A stretch of 64,000 nt of DNA. Source: Peribolospora baueri. Lineage: Eukaryota. Position numbers and translations under genes: made by a program. The notes beneath the pieces are model-generated. The model made no database searches. It was not told the origin of the DNA and worked only from the letters and a program-made list of their open reading frames with translations. This document shows, in pieces, positions 12,548 through 23,496 of this stretch; the stretch's first letter is position 1; each line of letters starts with the position of its first letter. The DNA lies in contig JAMDHS010000009.1 of NCBI GenBank assembly GCA_029717555.1, positions 248,001-312,000 of the forward strand, read 5' to 3'.

Positions 12548-12832
12548 TCATCGTTCCAGACCGGCTGCTGAATGTTCCGCATAGCGCGATGGATCAGAAG
12601 CCTTTGACAAACACAAAGATGGCTTTCCCTCACCGTTCCTTACTCCTCCTTCCACTAGCGTCGGATTCTCTGGTTCCGACTCAGGGAAGCAGCACCTGTA
12701 GCCGGCTCTTCTAACGCAGTCCTTGCGGATCGCTCGACACCGCCCGTCGGCGTCCGCGTTCATGAAGCCGCACTTTGGACATTGCAAGGTGTCTGTACCT
12801 ATGAGGGTGGTGCCCGAGACGTTGATGTCCAT
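12548..12832 (-). CDS. RanBP2-like zinc-finger microprotein, array unit 4 (most diverged; 3' end depends on splicing)
   Basis: MDINVSGTTLIGTDTLQCPKCGFMNADADGRCRAIRKDCVRRAGYRCCFPES...; C-x2-C-x3-N-x6-C kept, with W replaced by L. Confidence 0.6.
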   Translation of the reverse strand: MDINVSGTTLIGTDTLQCPKCGFMNADADGRCRAIRKDCVRRAGYRCCFPESEPENPTLVEGGVRNGEGKPSLCLSKASDPSRYAEHSAAGLER

Positions 12833-13110
12833 GAAGGATGTCGGCATGCCTGCCGATGGATGAAACGATGCTGAGCACATAGTGTTGGACGTCGGTCGAC
12901 GACATTGCAGAAAGCACGTCCTATATCCTTTCCAGTCACTCTGTCCGACGAGGAAGCGGCAATGAGGTCGACTGATCTCTACACGAGAGAGTCAAATGGC
13001 GCGCTTAGATAGTTGGACTACGTGGGAGAGTGTGAGGGCAAACAAAGACTTGGACGCGCTGAGATGGATGCACGGCTAGGGAGCGCCCTCGGATTCGGGA
13101 AGACACGCAA

Positions 13111-13513
13111 TCACGGCTGACATTGCTACGGCGGAGAGAATGGGGACATGCGAAAAAAGCTCAGCGAGCTCGGAATGTATGACGAAGCACAGCCGGACTG
13201 ACTGCCGTAGAGTCTAGATGCTACACATCCGGAGAACACATCGGCCCCTGAGCGTTGGCAAAGCCGCAAAGGGCGAACAGCGTTCAGTCCTTCAGGGTCA
13301 GAGGACGGGGACGATGAAAGAGAGATCGCTTCCGCTCACCGTTTCCTCCTGCACAACCTCATATGCCTTACAGGAGGGCTTAGGGTAGTGGCACTTGGTA
13401 CCGTCGTAATCGATTTCCGCCGTACAGATCTTTGAGTCGTCCTTGTTCACGTAGTGGCAGTAAGGACACTCCCAGGCTGTGTTTACGAGGGGACACGAAG
13501 AGTCGATGGCCAT
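13111..13513 (-). CDS. RanBP2-like zinc-finger microprotein, array unit 5 (62 aa if intron 13126-13339 is spliced; 71 aa unspliced, stop at 13298)
   Basis: MAIDSSCPLVNTAWECPYCHYVNKDDSKICTAEIDYDGTKCHYPKPSCKAYEVVQEET|QCQP*; intact GTGAGC donor and TAG acceptor. Confidence 0.75.
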
Positions 13514-14907
13514 GATCGCTGTTGGATAATCGGCGAAGGAATGCGTGCCTCGTTGTGAGATGGGATCAATGAGAGACGACGACGAGTGCGACGTATGCGG
13601 TGCGAGTCGGTCGATGGCACTGAAGGCCACGTTTTAAATAGAGAAAGCGACTGACATCTAGAAGACCAAAAAAAAAAAGGAATGCACAGCTGGGCCGTAC
13701 ACAAACAAGGACTTGCACGCTCGGACTCGCGCTGAGAATTGTTTGGCAGCTGGGCTGTACGCGCGGAGAGAGTCAGGAGTGACAATCAACTACTTGCGCA
13801 GCTCCGATTTGCGCCAAAACGGAATGCATAGCTGTGCTGTGCTGCACGTCGACTGAACGCCGTCCCTACGGTGGAGAGAAATAAGAGGTAACAGAGACTT
13901 GTCGGAATACGAGGTACTGCCGGTAGGACCGGTGATTAGACACCATCAGGAGAACCTGCTCGCTCATCGTCGGTCCCCGTGGCCAAATGCTGGCTGGACG
14001 CCGGGTACTATTCCAGGCCGGGGAGCGCCCGAGACGGATAGGATAGATGGAGAGCGAGGCCAACAGGGACAGAGGCGGTGGTGGCCACGCTCACAGAATT
14101 CCTCTTCGACCATGGACCTTGCTCCTCTCCATGTCAACACGTTTACTGCCATTCAAGATCATACCCGGCCATTCGGGATCTATACAAAGGCTTGCTCCGT
14201 CAGCCCCCCTCGGGCAGGCCTCACTGTCGCTGCCGCTCATCCTCCCATCCTGCCTCATCATCCTGCGCACCACTTTCGACACCCCTCCCTGTCTCAACGC
14301 GAGAGCGGCCCACTGCGGTTTTCCACGAGAACTCTGTGGATATCGCCTGAAGAGAGCTCGCAGGAGAGACGGGCGGCCGAGACGAGGGCGGCGATGTTCA
14401 GTGCCGTCGATATCGGTGACGAGAGAAGAGAAAGAGGGTCGTCCTTTCATCCAACCCTGCCCCCACCCCGGACGTCTGTAGCCTTGGTCTCGGCAAAACA
14501 GGCGCGACGTCGACACGACTGACCCCCAACTCGAGTGCTTTTCCGGGTGACAATCTCGCCTTCGGATCCGGTGGAAGCCGGACGCAGTCCTCCCTACCGC
14601 GGGGGGGGGGGGGGGTAAAAAGGTAGCACAGCCGGCGGGTTCGAACTTATGAGAACCTGGGCACGCACCTCCTGCGCTTCGTGGACAAGTTCCAAGTCCT
14701 CCGCCGCCCACCTCTCAGCGCTCCCCCCACTTGGACTTGGGCACTTTGAGAATGCCCAGAACCTAATCTTGACCTCGCTGAATTTCACTCACTTTGAAAA
14801 GACGCCAAGTTGGTCGTTCGAGCCACCCACGACCGGCGAATCGTATCTAATTGACCATCGGGAAGATATCATCTAGTCGCGCTTCAACCGAACAGCCGGC
14901 GGCTTGC

Positions 14908-16396
14908 TCACAGACTCGGATCGAAAGCCATCCAGCGTCTACAAGCACTGCTTCCACAGGTACATCTCGTCAAGCCCCTCGCCGGCTTCGACGAGCGGCG
15001 GGGCGTAGGCACGGCGGCGGCGGTGGTGCGACCAGCATCCATGTAATCGAAGCCTAGCTCCTCGCCCGCCTCGACGTCCCGACTGATGAACATGGCCGCT
15101 CGCGGGGGCGGGAGGAGCGCCGCCGGGGACGCGTTCCGGGACATGTTAGGAGGGTCGCACCGCACTGGAAGGATGACTAGGTTCGTCAGCGGCGGACAGA
15201 GGTGATTGGCAAAGCGGGCGATATTGCCGATCCGTGTGGGGTCAATGTTCGTCCTCATCTCTTTCCCACCACCACCCGCCCCGCTTCCCTCTCTCACACA
15301 GAGGATATAGTTGCCCAACCGTTCGTCCGCGCGTGCTTCCCACCTGGTCCGGGCCAACTCGGTGGTGATCCGTTCCCCCGCGTACTCGGCCACGAAGGTG
15401 CCACGCGGAAGGGCCCGCGGGCTGAAGAGACCCAATCCGCGGGATTGAGCGGCGTCCGTCGTGCGCATACGCTTGCGAGGGCGCCTCGAAGAGGACTCGT
15501 CGTCGTCGTCGTCGGTCAGTTGCGTATGAGCGACTGCTGGGCGGACTTGGAGTGGTACTCTAGTGGGAACATTTACCAGTCAGTCAGTCGGACTGGGTGC
15601 AAAGACGGAATAAAGCACCAGACGATGGCTCACTGGATCCCCTTCCCGACGACCTGGTTGCCGCAACGCACTGCTGAAAGGCCATCATCGTCCGTCTTCT
15701 CCGTCTGCGGCGGTCCAGGAACCTGACAGGCACACGTCGAGTTGCATTCGAACAAAGGGTGACGGGGCGGTAGTGCGGAAATGTCGAGGACGAGCTGGGG
15801 CTCGACGCCGTCGGCAGTCGATGGCGAGGAAGCGTAGAAATTGCCTGCAGGAGGATGAGATGTACATTGAGACCCGGCCTTGCCGTCGTCGTCTGGATCG
15901 AACCAGCTCAGCTGGCCGACATGGACATGGACATGGCGACGGTGACCCACCGTGCGTGGCTATGCATTCGCAGTCGCTTCCGGGCCTACACGTCATACCG
16001 AGCTCGTCGGCCTCTGCAGGCGAGCACGAGCATCCATAGCACGAGCGTTCCTCGGCGTCTGCCACGTCGTCGTGTTGTTGCGCCGAGGGGGAGTGAGCAG
16101 CGAGAGCGCCGGGGCGGTCGGCCAAGGATGGGTGATCGACACACTGAGTCGTATACTGCGTATGATCGACGGTGCGTAAGAAGAAGGGCGGCGAAGGACG
16201 CAAGGGCGAGATGATGATGAAAGAGAGCGCAAGTTTCCTTCCGTCGTCGCCTCCGCCGTGCCTCGGCCGGCCACGTACGCACCTGTATCCAGACGTCGGC
16301 CAGTTGCTTGACGTCCTCGGCCGTAGCTGCGACGAGCGGGATGGACAGACGCTCACGGCCGTCGGTCAAATCTTCGATGTCGACGTGGCAATGCAT
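14908..16396 (-). CDS. Pre-SET/SET/post-SET histone-lysine methyltransferase (SETMAR/SUV39-like SET module; multi-exon)
   Basis: DLTDGRERLSIP, pre-SET cysteines (GCSC...C.C, FECNSTCAC, CGNQVVGKG), RGLGLF...FVAEYAGE, GNIARFANHLC, EELGFDY and post-SET CTCGSSACR. Confidence 0.85.
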
Positions 16397-16740
16397 CGTT
16401 GCGCAACACAACGCCCGTCGGCGCGACGTCGCTACGGCCGAGGACGGGCGTATCTCGTCGGAGTCGGCGGGGATGGACGGATGGATGGATATCCAGGATG
16501 GTGGCGGGGAGACGACGAGAGGCGAGGGCGAGAAGGAGATGGAAGAAGAAGAAGATGATGATGATGATCGACGTGGAACATACACACCTCCTCCCCGCCA
16601 GCTCAACGTCGTCCGCGGACTGGCCTCGCTCGAGAAGTATATGAACCCCAGCGTCGGCTCGTACGACACTCACATCTCGTCCCTCACTCCCTCACTCCTC
16701 GCCTCCAGTCCCCTCCACCGCTACAGACAGCCTCCCAGCC

Positions 16741-17615
16741 ATGTCCATCAAGAACGTCGTCCTCGCCGGCGCCGGCGGCAATCTCGGCAACGTCATCCTC
16801 GAACAGCTCATCGCCGCCAAGACGTTCAAGATCACCATCCTCAGCCGACCGGGCTCCAAGTCGACGTTCCCCGACGGCATCAACGTCGTCCGCGCTGACT
16901 ACCAAGACAAGGAGGCCCTTGTCGCATCCTTCCGCGGCCAAGACGCAGTAGTGAGCGCGACGCCCGGCTTCGTCGACCAGCATGTCCTCGTCGACGCCTG
17001 CCTCGAGGCCGGCATCAAGCGCTTCTTCCCCTCCGAGTACGGCGCCGACTACTTCTCCCCCGCAGCGATGGAGGTAGCGATCGTCGAGCCGAAGCGCAAG
17101 ATAAGTACATCCAGTCCAAGGGCCTCTCCTACACCGCCATCGTGTCCGGTGCATTCTTCGACTGGGGCGTCGCCACCGGCTTCCTCGGCATCAACGTCAA
17201 GGACAAGAAGGCCGACCTCTGGGACGGCGGCAAGGGCAAGTTTGCCGCGACGACGCTCGAGACGATCGCCAAGTCCGTCGTCGCCGTCCTCCACCACCCG
17301 GAAGAGACGAACAACAGGGACGTGTTCGTCGCCGATGTCGAGGTCAGACAGCTCGACGTCCTCCACGAGATCCAGAACCAAATTGGCGCCCAAGGCTGGA
17401 CGACCACCGAGCGCTCCATCGCGGTGGGCAAGGAGCAGGCGCTCAAGGACCTTGCGGCGGGCGATTTGATGAAAGCCTTCCCCCCGCTCGTCTACTCCAT
17501 CCTCTTCACTGGCGCTCCAGAAGCCGTTTGGGGCGACAAGAACGAGACGAAGAAGCTCGGCATTCCCACTTTCTCTCTTCCCGAGGCGGTCAAGATGGGC
17601 CTTTCCCAGGTGTAG
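16741..17615 (+). CDS. NmrA-like/isoflavone-reductase-like NAD(P)-binding protein, with an apparent frameshift near 17102
   Basis: VVLAGAGGNLG, GQDAVVS and AGIKRFFPSEYG in one frame; KYIQSKGLSYTAIVSGAFFDW onward in another frame. Confidence 0.8.
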
Positions 17616-17950
17616 ACCGCATGCCATCCCTCCGAGTCCGGTAGCTTAGATTTTATATATCAGATAACAAACCTGCCATCCTCCCGTCCCTAACCATCCG
17701 CCCGTTCCGTCCGTTCCTACTAATGTAATTATAGCCCGTCGCCTCGCGTCGACCGAGCGACATTGTCAATCAACGCCATCTCCTCTTGACTGTTCCTCAG
17801 CACCTCCTGTCTGTCGGCTTGGACGACGGGACGGAGTAGGCACTCCATACAGCCAGCCAGTAGCGCTCGTCGGTCACTCACGATTCGCCCCACGAGAGAT
17901 CTCGGGGGTTGGGAATGGGAGGAGGTCGCTAAGCCCTTCATTCTTCATTC

Positions 17951-18002
17951 AAAAATAAAATAAAATAAAATAAAATAAAATAAAATAAAATAAAATAAAA
18001 AA
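17951..18002. repeat. (AAAAT)n microsatellite
   Basis: About 10 tandem AAAAT units. Confidence 0.95.
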
Positions 18003-18129
18003 CCAGACCGCCGCTTCCCCTTCGTCGTTGGGCGTCAGGCCGTCAGTCAGGGTCACACGACCGACCAGCGGAATGGACCGCCGCCGGTGAGTGAAGCGAG
18101 TCCTGCCCCCCCTCATTTCGGTCGGCTCA

Positions 18130-18210
18130 TTCTTCTCTTCTCTTCTCTTCTCTTCTCTTCTCTTCTCTTCTCTTCTCTTCTCTTCTCTTCTCTTCTCTTC
18201 TCTTCTCTTC
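18130..18210. repeat. (TTCTC)n microsatellite
   Basis: About 16 tandem TTCTC units. Confidence 0.95.
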
Positions 18211-18709
18211 GTCCTGCCAAATAGCCAGCTTCTCGAGCTAGGCGACTTCAAGTGAACGAACGGACGGGTAAGGAGGGAAAACTCATTGACGGCGCGAGAA
18301 GGAAATGAAATAGTGGCGGAGGGAGACGGGTACGGTACAAATGGCCGGCAAGAGTGGGGGTCACGTACGTCGCTTCCATTCGAGGCGCCAGTGAGACGGA
18401 CGCCTGGAACGGGGGGAGGGGGGACGCGCGAGTTTGGGGCACTACCCCAAGACAGGGAGGGAGGGGTTCATCAATGGGGTTCAAGGGGTATTTGCCAAGC
18501 AAAACAGCACAAGGGCGAAAGGGCGCGGAGACGACAGGAAAACAAAGGAGACAGACAGCCAGGCGGTTCGAGTCGTTTTTTACGGTCCAGAGATCGTCGT
18601 GTCACGGGTTCGTGTTGATGTCCCGCCTAAGTCGGCTAGCAGTTATAAATATATATATATTTGACGAGGCCCGGTCTGGCCGGGCCGCCGATAGATGTCC
18701 AAGTCACTG

Positions 18710-20687
18710 TCAGACGCTAGGAGCGTGAATGGTGGTGCGTTTGCGGAGCCACTGATATCGCATACGTCCCGGGTCGGTTCGGTGAAGCGAAAGAAACGAA
18801 CGTGTGAGCGCTACGCTACGCTGAGTTGCTACGCCTCGGTCGATAAGAGAGGAACACGCGTAGAGAACGCGGCGCACCTCGTAAGCCGGCAAACAGCGGT
18901 CGACAGTCTCCTGCACCTCATCGGCCTCCTCGGGGGAATCCGAGGCAGACTTGGAACCGTTGGGACACGTCGACGTCTCGTCGGTGCGAGGGCTGGTGGA
19001 GGAAACGGGGGAGGAAGAAGAAGTGGTGGCGCCATTTTGTTGGACGGGTTTTTCTTGGCGAAAGCCGGTGGATTGCTCAGCCTGTATGTAACCATGGACG
19101 GATTTGCAAGAAAGAGGCCTGGCCGGACGTCAGATGACTCGGAACCCACCCTCGCTGACACATGACCCATACGCACGGCCCCATGATATCCGTCCCACTT
19201 GCTAAACTGCTCCACCTTTTCCGCCTTCCAATGCAACATGTTCTCCTCGAACGGCACTCCCACCGCCTCACAATAGGCCCTCACGACGTGGTGCGGGTCG
19301 GCGAGCAGGTCTTGGGCGTCGATGAGCGGCGGCGGCTGGGGCTGCGACGGTGCCCCGGCGTTGAACTCGCTCCGGGGATCACTGAGGAAGCGGTAGAGGA
19401 GGCGGAGCTCTTCGTAGCCGGCCTCGGCGGGGTCGAAGTACTCGAATCCGCCGGCGGAGGCCATGGCGGCCTTGTGATAGGACGGGATGGCGCGACGAGG
19501 GGTGCGGATGAGGAAGGTGTGGGTGAAGGCGCGGAGGACCGAGGTGGGCAGGACGGTAGGATTAGCGGGCGGAGGCAGAGAAGGGTCGTCGGAGGAGGCC
19601 TTGCCGTTCAGGTTGCCATTCGCGTCGCCATTCGCGTCGGCGGCCGGGTCGGGGAAGACGCGAGAGTCCGGGTGGAGAGCGTGGAGGGAGGCGGCGGAGA
19701 AGACGTATTGGGCCATGTCCTATAGGGGCGGGCGGAGGGAAGATGTGTGAGAGACGGTCGGTGCGGGCGGCCGACAAGGACGCACCTTGATGAAGAGGTA
19801 CTTAACACCGTCGTTGTGGACGATGGAAGCGCCGTCGACTTTGCCTTGGATGAGGTCGCGGGCGACGCCGTCGGTGGTGGTGTCGAAAGCATCGTGGGCG
19901 GCGCACTGAGCGTCTGAGTAGCGTCTGCAGGCGCGAGAGCGAGACCAGTCTGGGAGGAGAGAAGAAAAGAAGAAGGAGGGCCAAGGAAGGCGAAGGCGAG
20001 GGCGGCGAAGGCGGCGGCGCGGGCGAGAGGGCGGTCGGCGGAGGGAGAGGAAAGAAAGAATAGAAAGAAAGATATGAGGAGCCGGGGAGAGGTGGGAGGA
20101 AGGAGTGGAGAGAAAGAGGAGTCGAGGCCGACGGGCAAGCTGTTGGCTGGTCGTGGAAGGAAGAAGAAGACCATCTTCCATCCAGGACGAGCAACGACAG
20201 GAAGACCGTGGTCGAAGTCCTATCTAGATTCTCTCCCTCCGTCTTCCTCCAACGACAACGTCCATCGCCTCCTCCCTCTTTCCCCATCTTCCTCCTTCCC
20301 CTCGCTGACTTGCGCGCGCTCGACCCATATCTTACCCCACTCGGCCACATCGCCCTGCAAGCTTCAAATGCGGACACGGACAGACAGACAGACAAGCAGA
20401 CAGACGCAAACAGAGCAAACCGTACGAGCCGCCGCCGCCGACAAGACAAGGCAAGACAAAAGAGAGCGCCTCCGCCTCGCTCGCCGGACAAAGGTACCCC
20501 TTTCGCGGCGAGTGGCGGTGGTCTGTTCAACTCAGATCGACTCACAGAACGGGTCTCCGAACGGCTCGTGGGCGGTCACTGTGTCGGTCCTTTGCATGAA
20601 GGCCCTCTCGAAGGCGGTCGAGCATGACCTCGGCACGCACCAGACGATGATCGGCTTGATCGGGTTCGAAGGAGGAGAAGAAGGCAT
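18710..20687 (-). CDS. Sulfotransferase-like P-loop protein (family of the N-terminal domain of plant BCAT-like proteins); 5 exons
   Basis: Exon 1 MPSSPPSNPIKPIIVWCVPRSCSTAFERAFMQRTDTVTAHEPFGDPF; later FIKDMAQY, HTFLIRTP...SY, IDAQDLLADP...YCEAVGVPFEENMLHW, W..YH, STGF, and LPAYE|WLRKRTTIHAPSV*. Confidence 0.8.
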
Positions 20688-21499
20688 GTTGTTGCGAATG
20701 GGAGCTTGGCTTGCTTTGAGTAGTGGGGAGGGACAAAAAGTAGGTGTGGGTGGGATCGCTTCACGGGCCCTCTTATGTACCCTAACCTCTCCCTCCCCCT
20801 GGACACGTTCAGACGCGCACGTTATCGTCGTCAGCTCATCTCATCTGTCCCCCACTTACCATCTCACATCGGATTCTAAGTCCCAAGTCATCCGATGGCC
20901 TGCCCTCGCTTCGAGATCAATTAATCCCGCCCGGCCCCAGATCCGCTTCCATTTTCTCCTTGCTGTCTTCCTGTCAGTTGACGTCGTCGCGTCGCAGTCG
21001 CAGGTTGGTTCGAGTGAGACCGCGGCTCGCACCCATCGCAGACAGACAGCCGGTGAGACCGAACCGAACCGAACGAAAGGTAAGCCACATCGGGACCGCA
21101 TGGTCCCATGGCCGGCAACTCTCAAGTGAAGTCCACTTTGGTTATTTCGGGCAAGTCGATCCACCGCATCTCAACCCGCGTCAAGAACAACATAACATCT
21201 CTTGCTGGTTCGACGAGGAGAGGACGACTCAATCGTCGCTCCTTCAACACCTCGTCGTCCAGTCAGAGCTGGCTCAGTCAGTTGGTCAACCGACGTGATG
21301 TGATGTAATGTGATAATGTGATGTGCAGCCTAGCCGAGCTTGCAATTGCAACTGTAGCGAGGAACAGGCCTTTCCATTCCGCATTCCTTCCATCCCTCCC
21401 CAACGGACAGTCGACTTACTTTCTTCCTGGCTCTCTGGAGCACCATTCCCACGTGTCCGTTTCCCGCAACGCTCTTTTCAGCTCTCAAGCCGCGCCATC

Positions 21500-22916
21500 C
21501 TACTGACCGGCGGAAGACTCCGCCTTGATCGCATCCTCGGCAAACACGCCCTGCGATGGCCAGAGCCACCCGAAGGGGTCCTGAGTTCCAAAAAGCGCGC
21601 GCGCGTCAGCCGGTTCTTTTTCTTTTCGTTTTACTGGCTCTTCCTTATCCAACAACTCACCGGCCGATCTCCACTCTGGACGCTCGTCAGCTCCTGCAAT
21701 ACGCGCATGGTCATCGGGCCCGGCTTTTTGCCGTCTCCAAAGTCGACACGAGTCGCTTGTTCGGGCGACCCGTACGAGATGGATCGGACAGGGGTGATGC
21801 CCTGAGGGTGGCAAGGAAGAGGGAGACGGTGGGAGCGATGGAGTGAGCATACTTGACCACGGAAACAAGGCCACTGGACGAGCGTAGAGGCCACGCACCG
21901 CGGCTGTGCCAGCGGCGGCAAACTCGCTAAAGTCGCCCTTGGTGACCTCGTCAAAGAGCACCGGCCGACTTTCGACGTCCCAACCGAACGTTTGCCTGGC
22001 AATGTCGACGACGGTCAGCTTGGTAACGCTGCGCAGGATCGTCTTGCTCTCCGGAACGACGACCTTGGGCTTGGTCAACCCTTGCCGCTTGCCCGGCTCC
22101 GAGTCCGAGTCGACAAAGGCAATGGCGTTGGAGGTGGAGAACTCGTCGATGTACTTGTGCTCCTTGGCGTCGAGGTGGAGGGTGATCGGATATCCGCGCT
22201 GCTTGGCTTTTTTGGTGTGACGGAAGACGGGGGCATAATTACCCGCGAGCTTGGTCGCACCATTGCCCATGGGCGCCGATCGGTCAAAGTCGTCGATCAC
22301 CCAGCCGTCGATGGCGGGTGCGTCGGCGGTGCTGTAGAGCGAACCGGTGGGCGTGCCCCAGATGAGGAAGGTGAAGTGCGAGGGCGGGTCGAGGATGAGG
22401 GAGCCGCCCGTGGCGATGAGCAAGGGGCGGAGGTAAAACGAACCTTTGGCGGCGTAGCTGGGCGATGGTAGAGAGACGCGAATGAGCTCCGAGGCGAACG
22501 GCTGACTGACTGACTCGTCCAGCGTCTCGAGCAACTCACGGAGAGTAAGGCGGTACGAAATCCAAGTTTCCGGCGACGACGAGCTTGCAAGCCTCGAGGA
22601 AGACCTCCTCCGGGACCTCGGGCAGGGAAGCGACGACGGCGGTCTTGTTGAGCCTCGCCGCGTTGTCCTTGGGCCTGAAGATGCGGACGTTGCCATCCTT
22701 GGAGCGGAACGCCTTAAGGCCCTCAAAGCCGGCCTGTCCGTAATTGAGGGCGGTGGAGGCGACGTGGATGGAGAGGTAGGGCGACGGGTTCCACTTGGGG
22801 CCCGACCAGCGGCCGGTCTCGGTGGTGTACTCGTAGGAGACGTAGCCGTTGACGGGCACGATATCAAACTTGAGGTTGTCCCAGTCGACCGACGGGTTGG
22901 GGGCGGGGACGGACAT
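21500..22916 (-). CDS. Branched-chain amino acid aminotransferase (class IV PLP enzyme, TOXF-like); 4 exons
   Basis: DWDNLKF, LNYGQAGFEGLKAFR, FRP..NAARL, YLRP, KLAGNYAP (PLP Lys), IDEFSTSN, ILRSVT and AAGTAA|GITPV. Confidence 0.9.
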
Positions 22917-23496
22917 GGCGTGGCGGCGGCGAAGGGGGTCGAGGGGCGTTCAGGAAGGAGAATGGAGGAAGGAGGATGAGGATGAGGACAAAGATGAAGA
23001 CAAGAATGAGGATAAATACGAAAACGAAGACGAGAAGCGTCCTCTCCGCCCTCTTCTTGACTCTGACTCGTCCCCATCGTCGGGTCGTCGGGTCGGGAAG
23101 ACATCGGCGCTAGGCGGCGATATCCGCTTGGCTGGGCCCCACCCGGCTTCCTTCGGCCACCTCCGCCGCGGTCGTGAGGAGACGTCGGTCTGCTTCGTCA
23201 CAGTCGGCACGTCACATGCGCCGCCGTACGAACGAGGTTCGCTGTGCAGACGTCGTCGTCGAGTGTCTTCTGGAGCGAGAGATCGGGTCAGGCAATGACT
23301 GTCAACGCTGCGACAGCGACGTGAAAGGTGGTGGTGGTCCTGGTCGTCGTCGCTGGTCGTCGTCGTCGTCGTCGTAGTCGGATCAACTGTTCTTGCTCGC
23401 ACTCCGTCTTTCCCCACGCTCATTCCCGCCCAGCTCGCCAGTCCTCGCCGCCGTCCATCAGAGGGGATACTTTCAAATCACCACCACCGATCCAAG

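Noticed and set aside
10580..13900. Array as a CRISPR-like, LTR or satellite repeat
   Set aside because: The units are diverged protein-coding genes with splice sites, with no identical repeats, terminal repeats or transposase/RT motifs.
14601..14615. G15 homopolymer as a G-quadruplex or element end
   Set aside because: An isolated run with no associated structure; homopolymers are common in this window.
17074..17105. 32-nt GT-AG intron that would repair the NmrA frame
   Set aside because: It is much shorter than other introns here, has no branch point or pyrimidine tract, and would delete the family's conserved Lys.
20074..21129. 351-aa + strand ORF and many similar long ORFs antisense to real genes
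   Set aside because: These are low-complexity shadow frames expected in GC-rich DNA and show no family motifs.
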